A stretch of 63,115 nt of DNA, counting the filler, from Olpidium bornovanus S191 (Eukaryota > Fungi > Olpidiomycota), in the NCBI GenBank assembly GCA_017911155.1. It is 31 parts of 31 records of this genome, joined end to end, with 100 filler letters (N's around TTAATTAATTAA, not from the genome) between each part and the next. Parts side by side here need not be neighbours in the genome. Positions count along the whole stretch, not along the records: positions 9,844 to 13,283 come from JAEFCI010011379.1; positions 13,384 to 15,100 come from JAEFCI010009350.1; positions 15,201 to 17,528 come from JAEFCI010002688.1; positions 17,629 to 18,642 come from JAEFCI010000541.1; positions 18,743 to 20,186 come from JAEFCI010008905.1; positions 20,287 to 22,553 come from JAEFCI010005211.1; 25 more parts are not named here. The stretch is one strand, 5' to 3'. This document shows positions 9,844-20,287 of the stretch, one piece after another. The notes below the pieces were generated by a model. The model saw nothing but the letters and a program-made list of their open reading frames with translations. It searched no databases and was not told where the DNA came from. Both the position numbers and the translations under genes were made by a program. Every line of letters begins with the position of its first letter. Within the stretch, counting starts at the first letter, position 1.

Positions 9844-12661
9844 CATGCACCAAAGATAGAAGAGTCTAAAGACACAGCCATCTGCGCACTCGGCCTTTAA
9901 ATTCCTTCCCTAAATGCATCAGGACGGGAGTCAGCAGAGCAAAGCGGTATGCTTGAAGTGGACGGCGATGTAAAGGAAGCACGTGGAAAGCGCTAGACTT
10001 AACCATTGAACCAGCAAATAGCCGCGTCGGAAGAAGGCGGGTCATCGTACGTAATGGTTGCTGGATTGAGGAACAGGTTCAGCACGTCCACGTCTCAACT
10101 ACGCATTCGAAACGGAAAAAATCCCGTACCGTCGCCCTTTGGCAACCCGGTGGTCCGGTCTTGGTATAGCCACACTGGATTGTAGAATCCGACATTGCAA
10201 GTTATGCATTTTTCATACAAGTAATATTAAGGGTTCCATTATATAGGACCCACCTTTAGGCTTGTTATTGTTCTTCTTGTCGAGCTTTATTACTCCGATA
10301 GACCCGAAAAACTGGACAATATCGTCAACCGTCACATCATGGCTCAGGTTTTCGACGTAAATCGTGTCTGCACTCTTCTCGCCTGCGTCGTCTTCTGCAA
10401 TGGTGCGCGGCAAAAGTGGTGCACCAAACGACGGCGGCATAAAACCAGGAGCGGGGCCCGTGAGTCCTCTGATGTGCTGACTCGCCACTTTTCCTTCACC
10501 CCGCGGATCGGGCGCCAGTGCCAAAGGCCAAATCGGATCGGCACCTTTCGGAGCGTCGTCGTAGGCAGCAGACGACAAGTCCTGAGCACCTCCGCCGTAT
10601 GGCGGGCCGCCACGGCCGCCTCCTTGAGCTTGCTCGTCGCCTTCCCCGTAATAGCTGTTGACTTCAGCATACGAGGATCCGGCGTTCCCGTATCGTGGGC
10701 CTGCACCGCTTCTGTAGCCAGCTACAGCTTGCCCGGGACTGTGGCTAGTGCCGGTTGAATAGTTCGCCGCCGCATTCGCCGCCGGCGCGGCGTTGTAATT
10801 GTACGGGGCCGCATTGGTCGACGAAGGGGCAGCGTAAGAGCTGGAGTCGTAGCTGCCTGGTTGCGAGGAGTCCCTGTAAACGGATAATCCTGCTCCGCAG
10901 TAACCGGACGATACATCACTCAACACCAAGTTGTTCGTATCCAGAGGACGCACCGCCGTATCCGCCACCAGTGGAACGGGTCAGAGACACGCCGGCCGCA
11001 GAAGCACCACGGTATTCACCACTGGGAGCAGCATTTATCTCCGGTGGCCGGGGAGCACGGCATCTGTTGCACTCAACGCGACGGGCGAAGTTCAGGTTTT
11101 GGCAACTTTCACATCCAAACAAGGACGGCTTCGTATCAGCAACGCAATGCGGATCCAGACGCATTACCCAGCTGAAAGACACCTCGGTGCTCTGCAAATC
11201 CTCGTACCCTTGGCACGTCCAGTCCCCGGGATTTCTTGGGGGCCCTCCGCGACCAACGGCGCCGGCCACACCCGCACCGCCAGGAGCGGCGGCAGCAGCA
11301 CGCGGGGCGCGACACCTGTTGCACTCCATCCGGCGTGCAAAGTTGAAGTTGTTGCAGCTATTGACGCAGAAGTGCGAGATGAGGGGAAGAGCACCGGAGC
11401 CCAGCAGCCATATTCTCCCGAAAGAGTTTGCACTGCCGCAACACTTCGCCGGTCCGGCAGTGCGGATCACCAGCAGGAGTCAAGGCCCGCCGACATACCT
11501 CTCGCAGTACCAATCACCCTCACGGATCTGCCTGTCGTTGGGCGGCTCAGTGCGGCCAGATTTATTGTGGTACACACCAGAATACGACCCAGACGCATCC
11601 GCTTTGCCGCCTTCTTGCCCGTAACCGTGGGCGGACCTCCGCTGGTCGTACGAGCCGTACGAACTAGTACCCTCGAGGCCATCTTTCAGCGGAACACCGG
11701 CCCCACCATCGTGTCCGACAGAACCACCGTAACTGCCATAGGCGTTGTTTACGGGGTTCTGTCGACAATAAGACGTGTCGTAAGCGGCTTGGCCGTCTGG
11801 GTGAACGGAAACGGCGACGCAAACGTTTGCGGAATCCCAGCGAACAAGTTGAATGCAGTCGTTGATGGCAGTAGGACCCATAACGAACATAAGTTCAACC
11901 GCAAAGAAAACCTGTTAAGTTCCGTAGCACGGATACAGCTTCCGCCACTACGTTTCGTCTAGCGCGTTCCCGCGCAGCTCGCACAGGCGGATTTCGAGCC
12001 CCTGCTGCGACGTGAACCACCACAGGTAGGCGATCGACTCTGACCAGCATCTCTTCAGTTTAAGTACTCGCCGCATAGCGCACCGCCATTCCGCTTTTGA
12101 CAAGCGCCTCCGCGCTGGTGCACCCGCCTAGGTCCGAACCGTCTCCGGGCGAAGTAAACCGTGAGTTGCTCCCGCCGCCACCGACCATCATGAGGCATCG
12201 CCGGGGGAAAACCGGTAATTGCTCGGTTTGAATTCCACGGCTTTCACTGCGCTGGCTGACACAAAGCTTTCGCAAAGTCCGCCCAACCCTCCGGACATAA
12301 CAACAAGGGAGTGAGGTCCCCAAGTCCGAGTTCCGACGGCGGCGAAATAACAAAAGAAAAAAAAGCTCCCGCGACAGTTCCTTTTCCCCCTCCCCTTTTC
12401 CCCACCTCCCGAGGCACGCCCGGTACGCTGCGTTGCTCAGACGTCGCTGCGTCCGCCGGCGAGAGGAAAGGGGAGGGGGGAGTGCACCGGGAGGGAAAAC
12501 GCCGCCAAGCCGAGAGGGAAGAGGGGAAGGGTGTTCTCACAATAAGCGGCCTGCCCGTGATCCAACTGGTGCGCTCCCTGATGCGAGTGGTCGCGTTCCG
12601 AGTAGGGGTTCCCGTAGCTTGCGTTCGCGGCAGCCTCCCTGTAGTCTCCTGCGCTCATCAT
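9844..12661 (-). CDS. FET-family (FUS/EWS/TAF15-like) RNA-binding protein: SYG-rich low-complexity region, two RanBP2-type zinc fingers, C-terminal RRM (3'-truncated)
   Basis: REGDWYCE..CNNFNFARRMECNRCRAPR and NPGDWTC..CQNLNFARRVECNRCRAPR. The RRM spans short exons: TIYVENLSHDVTVDDIVQFFGSIGVIKLDKKNNNKPK / WLYQDRTTGLPKGD / ATITYDDPPSSDAAICWFNG / GKEFKG, including the FET-specific KK loop. Confidence 0.88.
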
Positions 12662-13383
12662 CCGCACGTACGTCGGACAGCGTAACTTGGCGGCAGCGGC
12701 GGCTTTCGACGCTTGACGGGCGGGGAGCGTCGAGCTGGGGAGCGGGGCGGGGCGGGGTGGGGGGGAAGTCGGCGAGGGGAGGGACGGAAAGGGGCGGGAG
12801 AAGGAGGGGTGGGAGGAGGGGGGAAAGGGGCAGGGGCGGGGGCGGGGAGGGGAGGGGGAGGGGAGAGCGGCGCGCAACGCCGCGCCGTGAATGCAAGCCA
12901 TGTCCCAAGCGCATGCGACAATTCGACACGACAGCAGGGAAGTCGCTTCAGAGCCGACTCCTTGTTTCTTTTTCTCTCTCTCTCAAGACTACCCACCAGC
13001 CCGATTCACATTTGCGTACGAAATCTTCTCTAGCAAAAGAAATCGGCGCCGCTAGGGATCCTCGCAGATTAATTTGCAAAGAATGTCGCCAGGTCTCCGC
13101 AGAGAGTGGGAGGTTGACAATTTTTGTGTTGCCGTGCTGCTTAAAGGAACCGTTTCGAGGGGCTGCGGCACGACTGCGGGCGCACCACCGCCCCACGGGC
13201 GGAGCTGAGACCCACCCCTACCATCGACGCAAAGAACAAAAGTTGGCAACTCCCGAACTCCACTATTGGCTTGCAGGCTCGGGNNNNNNNNNNNNNNNNN
13301 NNNNNNNNNNNNNNNNNNNNNNNNNNNTTAATTAATTAANNNNNNNNNNNNNNNNNNNNNNNNNNNNNNNNNNNNNNNNNNNN

Positions 13384-14035
13384 CCAATTCAGCAGGACGT
13401 CCGCCTACAACCCTCAGTCAAACGGAGCTGCCGAGCGCTCCGTCCAGGAGGTCGGGAAGGTTCTCTCCCGCCTGATGCTTACCTATGGCGCCGGCTGGGC
13501 AAAGGTATTCGACGACGCAGTGTGGTGTGTGAATACTAGCCGTCGCCTGCAGCACTCCGGAGGCAGCGCGTTCTTCTGGAAATACGGGTCCGAGCCCCGG
13601 TTGCCGATCAACGATCGCCCCGACTTCGCCGTCGGCACCGCGCCCCACGACGCGCAGGTCGACTACTACGCGAACCGCCTCCGCGCGCTGGACGAATTGC
13701 GTCACCGCCATCAGACGATTCTGGCGACGCTACTCCAACAAGATCACGAGCGCTGGCTCGAACGACAACGCCAACGTGCGCGTATGGCTCCTCTCCGCGT
13801 TGGGGACTTATTCTTGCGGTACGAATCATGGAAGGAGACCACGTGGACCGGGAAACTCAAGTCGGACTGGACTGGGCCCTTCGTGGTTGCGGCCCTGAAC
13901 GACAATGGATCAGTGGCACTCCGTCGCCCGGACGAGAAGGTGCCGTTCGAAACAGCAGTGGCGGGACGACGCCTGAAATTCTACTATGCGCGCGCGACCT
14001 CGACATCACTGCCCGTCGACGACGAGACCTGCTAG
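13384..14035 (+). mobile_element. Ty3/gypsy integrase C-terminal half, uninterrupted frame, no chromodomain
   Basis: RTSAYNPQSNGAAERSVQ...WAKVFDDAVWCVNT...SAFFWKYGSEPRLP...VGDLFL...GKLKSDWTGPFVV...VAGRRLKFYY. Confidence 0.92.
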
Positions 14036-14157
14036 TTTTTGTTCTTCCCTTTTTTCTTTTTTGTCCTGTTTTCGTTTGTCTCGCTTTCGTTCTCCTTTTT
14101 CTTTTGTTTTCCTTCCTCGTCGACATGGCCGACGCCTGCGCAACGTACGCAGGCCTC

Positions 14158-14240
14158 GGGGAGGGGGATGTCGGGGGTCGATTTCGAGTCTCAGGGGTTG
14201 ACGGGGGCTTGACGTTTAGCTGCTCCACCTCCACGTTGTA
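14158..14240 (+). mobile_element. Polypurine tract and start of the 3' LTR of the gypsy element
   Basis: GGGGAGGGGGA (14158-14168) is directly followed by TG (14169), about 120 bp after the integrase stop. Confidence 0.65.
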
Positions 14241-14269
14241 GCCCCCTTTTCTCTCTGGTACAAAAACGT

Positions 14270-14980
14270 TGTTAAGGAATAAACTCGGAAACCCGCAGCG
14301 CGATCGACGTCTCCGTGGTCGCGTGTGTCACAACGGTACGTCACCAAAGGGTATAGTCAACGTGCTGGCATCGACTATGATGATACGTACACCCCTGTTG
14401 TCAGTCATGCCACCCTGCGTTTCCTTTTATCCCTCGCGGCAGCCCAATGTTGGACCATCCGAAATGCCGACTTTATTACAGCTTACCTTAACAGCTCTTC
14501 AGACAGTCCTATCTATATACATAATATACATATTTATACAGATATATACAGATAAAAGGCTTCGCAGACCAGGACATTCCTGATTCCGTCTTCCTGCTGC
14601 TTATGGCCCTCTATGGCCTCAAGTAATCCGCACGCTCTTGGTACAGGACCATCAACAAGAAGCTGCGCACTCTTGGCTTTGTTCACGCCCCCGGCGATTC
14701 CTGCTTCTACACTCTACGCGCCCACCCGCAAGGGGCGGAAGCGTCTTCCACTGAGACTACGAAGTTGCGAACAACCGCAAATGAGAAGGGGATATTATTT
14801 GAAAAAGAAAACGAAAATGAGAGCACCAATTTTTCCAATTTTTCGACGCCGCTCTATGTTGATAATCATGGAGCAATTGAGATCGCCAAAGACATCAGAC
14901 AAATCGGGAAACGCTCAAAACACATCAAGCTCTGACACCTTTACGTCGGCGAATGCGTCGCCATAAAAAGGGTCACGCTG
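14270..14980 (+). mobile_element. Ty1/copia RT - RNase H remnant with an internal deletion and stops
   Basis: RYVTKGYSQRAGIDYDDTYTPVVSHATLRFLLSLAA...ADFITAYLNS; LYGLK*SARSWYRTINKKLRTLGF; then LYVDNHGAIEIAKD...RSKHIKL*HLYVGECV. Confidence 0.9.
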
Positions 14981-15100
14981 CGCCTTGTGGAATGGGTAGA
15001 GACCGAGCGGGACGGTGCAGACCCTGAAGCAGTTCTCCGGGAGTTTGATAGAAAGTTCGAGCAACTTGACCAACGTGAGCGTGCTCGATTCTTTGCCAAG
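14981..15100 (+). mobile_element. Probable Ty3/gypsy gag fragment, in frame with the preceding copia RNase H
   Basis: EWVETERDGADPEAVLREFDRKFEQLDQRERARFFAK resembles the gag segment WV...ELLREFE..F.QL...E of non-chromoviral gypsy elements (from memory). Confidence 0.5.
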
Positions 15101-15200
15101 NNNNNNNNNNNNNNNNNNNNNNNNNNNNNNNNNNNNNNNNNNNNTTAATTAATTAANNNNNNNNNNNNNNNNNNNNNNNNNNNNNNNNNNNNNNNNNNNN

Positions 15201-16328
15201 GTCAACTGGTGCAATTTCCAGTTTGACCGCCGGTTCCGTGACAAAAACTCGGCGACGGGCACGGGAGCGAAGGCGAGGAGCACGCGGAAGGGGAGGGTCG
15301 TTGTTGAGACGAAGATCATGGCACTGTTTGAGGGCGTTATCAAGGTAAGTGATGGCTTTATTCGGAAGGGGAGGAACATGGCGAATAGTGAGCGATAACC
15401 GTTTTTTTTACCTCGTTTTGATGTGGTATTTCCAGATCCTGTCACAGCTAAAAATTGTTCGAAAAGGGAGCAACCGCGTCAACATTAACGGGTCCGGACC
15501 TGCCACCCATCACCCCCACCATCACCCTCATCTCCATCGCCATCATAATTACAACTACCGTCATAATCATCATCACGTCCTCAATCGTCGCCAGGGCCGG
15601 CCCTTGCCCCAGCAGGACTTCACATTCGGGTTGGCTCAGAAGCCGCCGCCGCCGCCGCCGACATTAGCCGCCCCGGAATCCTCCTTAGCGCTATTTCCTC
15701 TGTCTGGTGACGCACTGGAGTACATGACTGTCGAGTACCCGGTCGAAACGGAACAAGAAACGGAGAGGAGCGCCGAGGTCGTGCGTGCGGAGGACGGCCT
15801 CGCTGGGGCGTTGGTTGAGGCGGGGCTGAGGATGTGCGAGCAGGCCGCTTCTGCGAAGCTCAGGTGGGCAAACGGCACGGGTCCCGGAGGAGTCGGAGCC
15901 GGGTTCGGTGGGGCAGACTGGGATCGCGTTGCGGTACCGGTGACGGAAAGGCCTGCTCGAGGTATGACGGGATTTGTTGTCATTTTCTTGGAGTTCGTCG
16001 TCCGTTTCGCGCGGAAGGTGAGGACGAGCGCTTCTGAACAGATTCTCGCACTCGGTTGGTGCATTCGATCCTTATGCGTTTGGCTGGACTAACGCGCGGG
16101 TGTCTTCGTCCATCCCGGGGGCAGGTTTTGGAGTACGGCGAGATGGAGGAGGACAAGGAAGGAAGGATGACGGTAAGTTTTTTTTTCTCCTCGCGCCCTT
16201 TGTCGCCGCGAACCCGCGTCTTTTAGGTTATTTCCGAGCGCTTTCGCTTGCTCACGGAGTGTATTGCTCTTCTTCCTCCTTGCCAGAGGATATATGGCAG
16301 CCTCGAGTCGCTGGAATCTGCTGTGTGA
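15201..16328 (+). CDS. Hypothetical multi-exon protein with a histidine-rich tract (5'-truncated)
   Basis: Consistent GT-AG exon chain: ...MALFEGVIK / ILSQLKI...HHPHHHPHLHRHHNYNYRHNHHH...PVTERPAR / VLEYGEMEEDKEGRMT / VISERFRLLTECIALLPPCQRIYGSLESLESAV*. Confidence 0.6.
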
Positions 16329-16964
16329 GGACCCTTGCTGCCAGACATCCGGATCCCCGCAAGGCTGTTCGTATCCTTCGTCTGTCGCGACGTCTCTAGC
16401 GCCGCCCGAATTTCGCGGTTTACGAACGGTACAGGCGGTTTCCCCCTCCCCTTCTGAACTGCACGGCAGGGGGACCAACGCGCGCGATTTTGTTTTTTGT
16501 GCCGTCCGTGCGGCCAAGGCACGCACGGTTAAATTTCGGGGGGCCGTTTCTTCTTTCCCTCATAATTTTTCCTCTCTTGAATTTTTTTGGCTCTCTTGTG
16601 TTCCGGCATATTTTACAATTAATGGACGGGAGGCTCCGAAGTTTACCCAGCGGCAAAGCCGGGATACAGAGCATGTCGTGAGGGTGGCAAAATGTGTGGA
16701 TTTTCTACGAGAATGACAGGAGTACGTGGCTTGCGTGGCTGAGGGTCCGAGGTGGGGTGGGGTGGGGGCGAGGGAAGTGGATTTCGATCAAGCGCCACGT
16801 CGATGATTCCCCGTTGTCGCTGCTGGGCCATCCGCGTTCGCCAGAGAGGATCATGGGGCGGCGGGCAGATCGGTGTTGTCCAGAGTTGATGCGCTTTACG
16901 GGTCACGTGATCAACGAAGATACCCGTCTGCTCTGGAGGGCCTGCCTCCCGCAGCTTCAGACAC

Positions 16965-17250
16965 GCAAAATACAAACAGTTAAAAAAAAAAGCCATCCAC
17001 AACACGTAATATCAGTAGCATTGCCGCTGCCCTCCTACCGCCTTGCTGTACTCGCTTGCAGCATCTGCCCTCGCTGCCTGTCGCTTCGGCCGTTTCTCTG
17101 CTGGTCATTGTGAGAAGACAAACAGATAAAACAAAAAAAAAATCCTTCCGCAGCACGTGTTATCAAACATTGCCGCTGCCCTCTTACAGCCTTACTGTGC
17201 TCGCTGGGCAGCCTCTTTGCCCGCGCTGCGCGCCGCTTCGGCCCGGAAAC
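16965..17250 (+). repeat. Diverged tandem pair (about 150-bp period) resembling the LTR-end/PBS junction
   Basis: CAACACGTAATATCAGTAGCATTGCCGCTGCCC (from 17000) and CAGCACGTGTTATCAAACATTGCCGCTGCCC (from 17151), versus CAACACGTTATCAGCACCATTGCCGGCGCCTGCCC (from 1814). Both are preceded by ACAAACAG plus an A-run. Confidence 0.6.
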
Positions 17251-17398
17251 GAAAATTGACGCAACAAGAAATTAAGGACACAAAAGTTCGGACGACGACG
17301 ACAAGACATTTGGCGGCCCGCAAGAGCACCGAGGGGCACCGACCGAGAAATCGAGAGGAATGATTTTGCGCGGGGGGGGGGGGGTAACTCGACATTTC

Positions 17399-17528
17399 AG
17401 GCGCTTTCATGCAGGTCGCGGCGAATGTGGACGACGCGGCCGCCCGACCTGGCCACGTAGGCGACGAGCGCGTCCCTGGCTTCGGTCGTCTCGACGATCC
17501 CGCCGCCGCACGCGATGACCGCGCCCGA
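17399..17528 (-). CDS. ARO1: Shikimate kinase domain exon, probably of pentafunctional AROM (fragment)
   Basis: SGAVIACGGGIVETTEARDALVAYVARSGGRVVHIRRD matches the fungal AROM shikimate kinase motif ACGGGIVE..EAR..L..Y...GG.V....RD. The downstream splice site is unclear. Confidence 0.7.
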
Positions 17529-17661
17529 NNNNNNNNNNNNNNNNNNNNNNNNNNNNNNNNNNNNNNNNNNNNTTAATTAATTAANNNNNNNNNNNNNNNN
17601 NNNNNNNNNNNNNNNNNNNNNNNNNNNNAAAAAAAAAAAAAAAAAAAACAGTCGACTCAAC

Positions 17662-17882
17662 TCGGCGTAGAAATCCACCAGCACCAGCCTCCCCTCTTTC
17701 CCGACTTTGGTCATGATCCGGTCGAAATCGTGCTCGCCGGCCTCGTGCAGATTGTCGGACCCGGCGTCCTCGTCGCTCTTCCTCGCCGCCCGCGCGCCGT
17801 GGAACGAGCGGCGCGCCGGAAAGCCCGCCGGGTCGGTACACGTCGCGTTCGACCCCGGCGTCCGCAGGTTTTGCGCCGTCAC
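17662..17882 (-). CDS. Thioredoxin-like protein exon (ends just before the CxxC)
   Basis: NLHEAGEHDFDRIMTKVGKEGRLVLVDFYA followed by GA|GTTGAG, typical of the lead-in to the thioredoxin WCxxC site. Confidence 0.65.
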
Positions 17883-17912
17883 ATTTCCGAGAAAGGCGCC
17901 GGCGGTCGGTTT

Positions 17913-17953
<41 letters not shown>

Positions 17954-18111
17954 GCGGCCCCCCCCCCCTTTCCCTGTAGAATATGAGTTTTTGAAGAGGA
18001 GCTCAAAGAGCTTCTGTCTTCCGCCGATCTGCCGAGTTTTACGTAGAAGGAAAAGGGGAAAAATCTCCGGGCGGGTGCGCGCAGTGCTGCGGTAGCTCGG
18101 TTCTTTATTCC

Positions 18112-18142
<31 letters not shown>

Positions 18143-18439
18143 GGGGAACCGAACCGTCCGCTCCTCTCGCGAACAACGCGAGCCCGCTTTCTGCGCACAA
18201 ACCCTCGGCGTCGGTCCGGCCGTATCGTGTATTCCCGGAACTTTTCTCAAAAGGGGCGTCGCCAGCCCGCCAAAGCCCCGTTTTTTTTTTCCCGTCAATA
18301 TCGCCCACGCCGCGGACTATATCGAGGGATTTGCTGGCCGATTGATTCATTCTACGGCGGACCTCTGCGGCAGCTGTGACCAGTTCCAAGTAGAGACAGC
18401 GAGTCGCGATTTGATGGCTACGCAGACGCCATCGGGCCT

Positions 18440-18642
18440 CCCGTAGAACGGCAGTGGTCTTAATGGGCGCAACAAATCACGCAGGACACGTGGTCGCTGC
18501 GACGAATGATATCCTGCGTGATTTCATAACTCCAGTAACAGTTCCATTTATTGACGATATTCCGATGAAAGGAGTTCTTCAAGAGCAAAAAAGTTTTGGA
18601 AAACTCCTGCCAAGAATACGGAGATTCGTTCTGGATGCATGT
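18440..18642 (+). mobile_element. Ty3/gypsy reverse transcriptase fragment
   Basis: VLMGATNHAGHVVAATNDILRDFITPVTVPFIDDIPMKG...IRRFVLD corresponds to the RT motif LPMG.TN...Q...IL....PFIDD. Confidence 0.8.
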
Positions 18643-19765
18643 NNNNNNNNNNNNNNNNNNNNNNNNNNNNNNNNNNNNNNNNNNNNTTAATTAATTAANN
18701 NNNNNNNNNNNNNNNNNNNNNNNNNNNNNNNNNNNNNNNNNNCATGACGCCAAAGTCTTTGCAGAGTCGAACGGGGCCAACGGCTTGCTCGGCGACGGAA
18801 GATGGAATCCCACGTACTGCCGACGGGGCCCCGCCCCTCCGTGGGGGCGCGCCTGAAAGCGTCTCTGATCTTCCTGTACGATCGGAAAAGGCCGAGGGAG
18901 AACGTTTTTCTGGCCGGATTTTCCTTCGGCGCCTGCGCTCCACCCGTCGATTTTTTCCTTTTTTGTTGGCCGGCAAGCGCTATTTTCTTTCGGCGCTGCT
19001 TCCTGCCTCCCCGTGCTAAATCTGACGACGTCTCTACTTCAATGCTCGGTGTTTCCGTGTTCCCGTGTTTCCAGGTTTCCGTATGGAATAACATCATACC
19101 CCCAAAAATGGGACCGGAATGTGTGTCGAAGGCAAGAATATTTTTTTTTTGCATAGACAAGACAGGAACAGAGATCCATTTTCGCCTTTGTTTTTTGCAA
19201 AAACCAAAACGAAATTCAAACGCTTTGAATTCTTTGAATCCTTGAATCCTTTGACTTTCGCGGTCTTCCAGCCTCCCCGCCCCCTTCTCCCCCTTCCTTA
19301 CCCTCGGTTCCCCCCCCCCCCGGCGGAACGGTGGCCGCGCGAAACGTCGTAAAGAACGCGGGCAGCGTCGTGCCCGGGCGGACCCGGGTCGCCCGCGGCC
19401 GGTCGCGCGCGCGAAAGCTTCCGTGTTCGGTGCCGCGCGGGGCGCCGGCGGCCCCGCCAGCGGGGGCTGATCAACGATCTCGCTTTCGGGTCGCCGGCAG
19501 CGGAAGCCGGCGAGACAGAGCGCCGGCCGACCCGCGCGCGGCCGGGACTCCCGCCCGCTGTCGGCAACAGCGTTTCCCGCTCCCGGACCGGGGCCTTCGT
19601 CTGCCCGGCTGATCGCGATCAAAAGGTCTCTCCCGGCACACCGCCGAGTTGCCTGCGGCGACCGCGTGAACCGTTTGGCGGGGCAACAAAACGTGGGCGC
19701 AAGGCGGCGGCTTAAACGTCTTTGCGGCGCAGGACCACCTCCGGGCGGGGTGAGGCGGGGTTAGG

Positions 19766-19839
<74 letters not shown>

Positions 19840-20287
19840 GGGGGGAGGGGGGGGAGAAAGGTTCGACGCGTTCCCCCGTCGTTTTGGCGCCCGTCAGACG
19901 CATCGTTTTTTTTTTTTTTTTTTTTTTGCGGTCCGCCCGGTGCACATTTTATTTTTGGCGCCCCCCCAGCCAATCGCAGACGCTGCCCCCAGCCCCGCCC
20001 CACCCCGCCCACCCCGCCCGATTCTTTGCGAACCCAGCGGCAAACGGCAGCCGGTTTAAAACCGCGACGTTCTCCATGATAAAACAGGCAAGTCAGGGAT
20101 TTGACCCCGTAGCGTAGAGGGAGCATATTCGGGAATGATGTGGGGCGCGTGAATACCACAGACCCATTATAAACCCTAAGACGCGCNNNNNNNNNNNNNN
20201 NNNNNNNNNNNNNNNNNNNNNNNNNNNNNNTTAATTAATTAANNNNNNNNNNNNNNNNNNNNNNNNNNNNNNNNNNNNNNNNNNNNC

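Noticed and set aside
17390-17410. In-frame TGA after the shikimate kinase exon as evidence of an ARO1 pseudogene
   Set aside because: Could equally reflect an unrecognised donor or a local assembly error near a contig end; not enough evidence.
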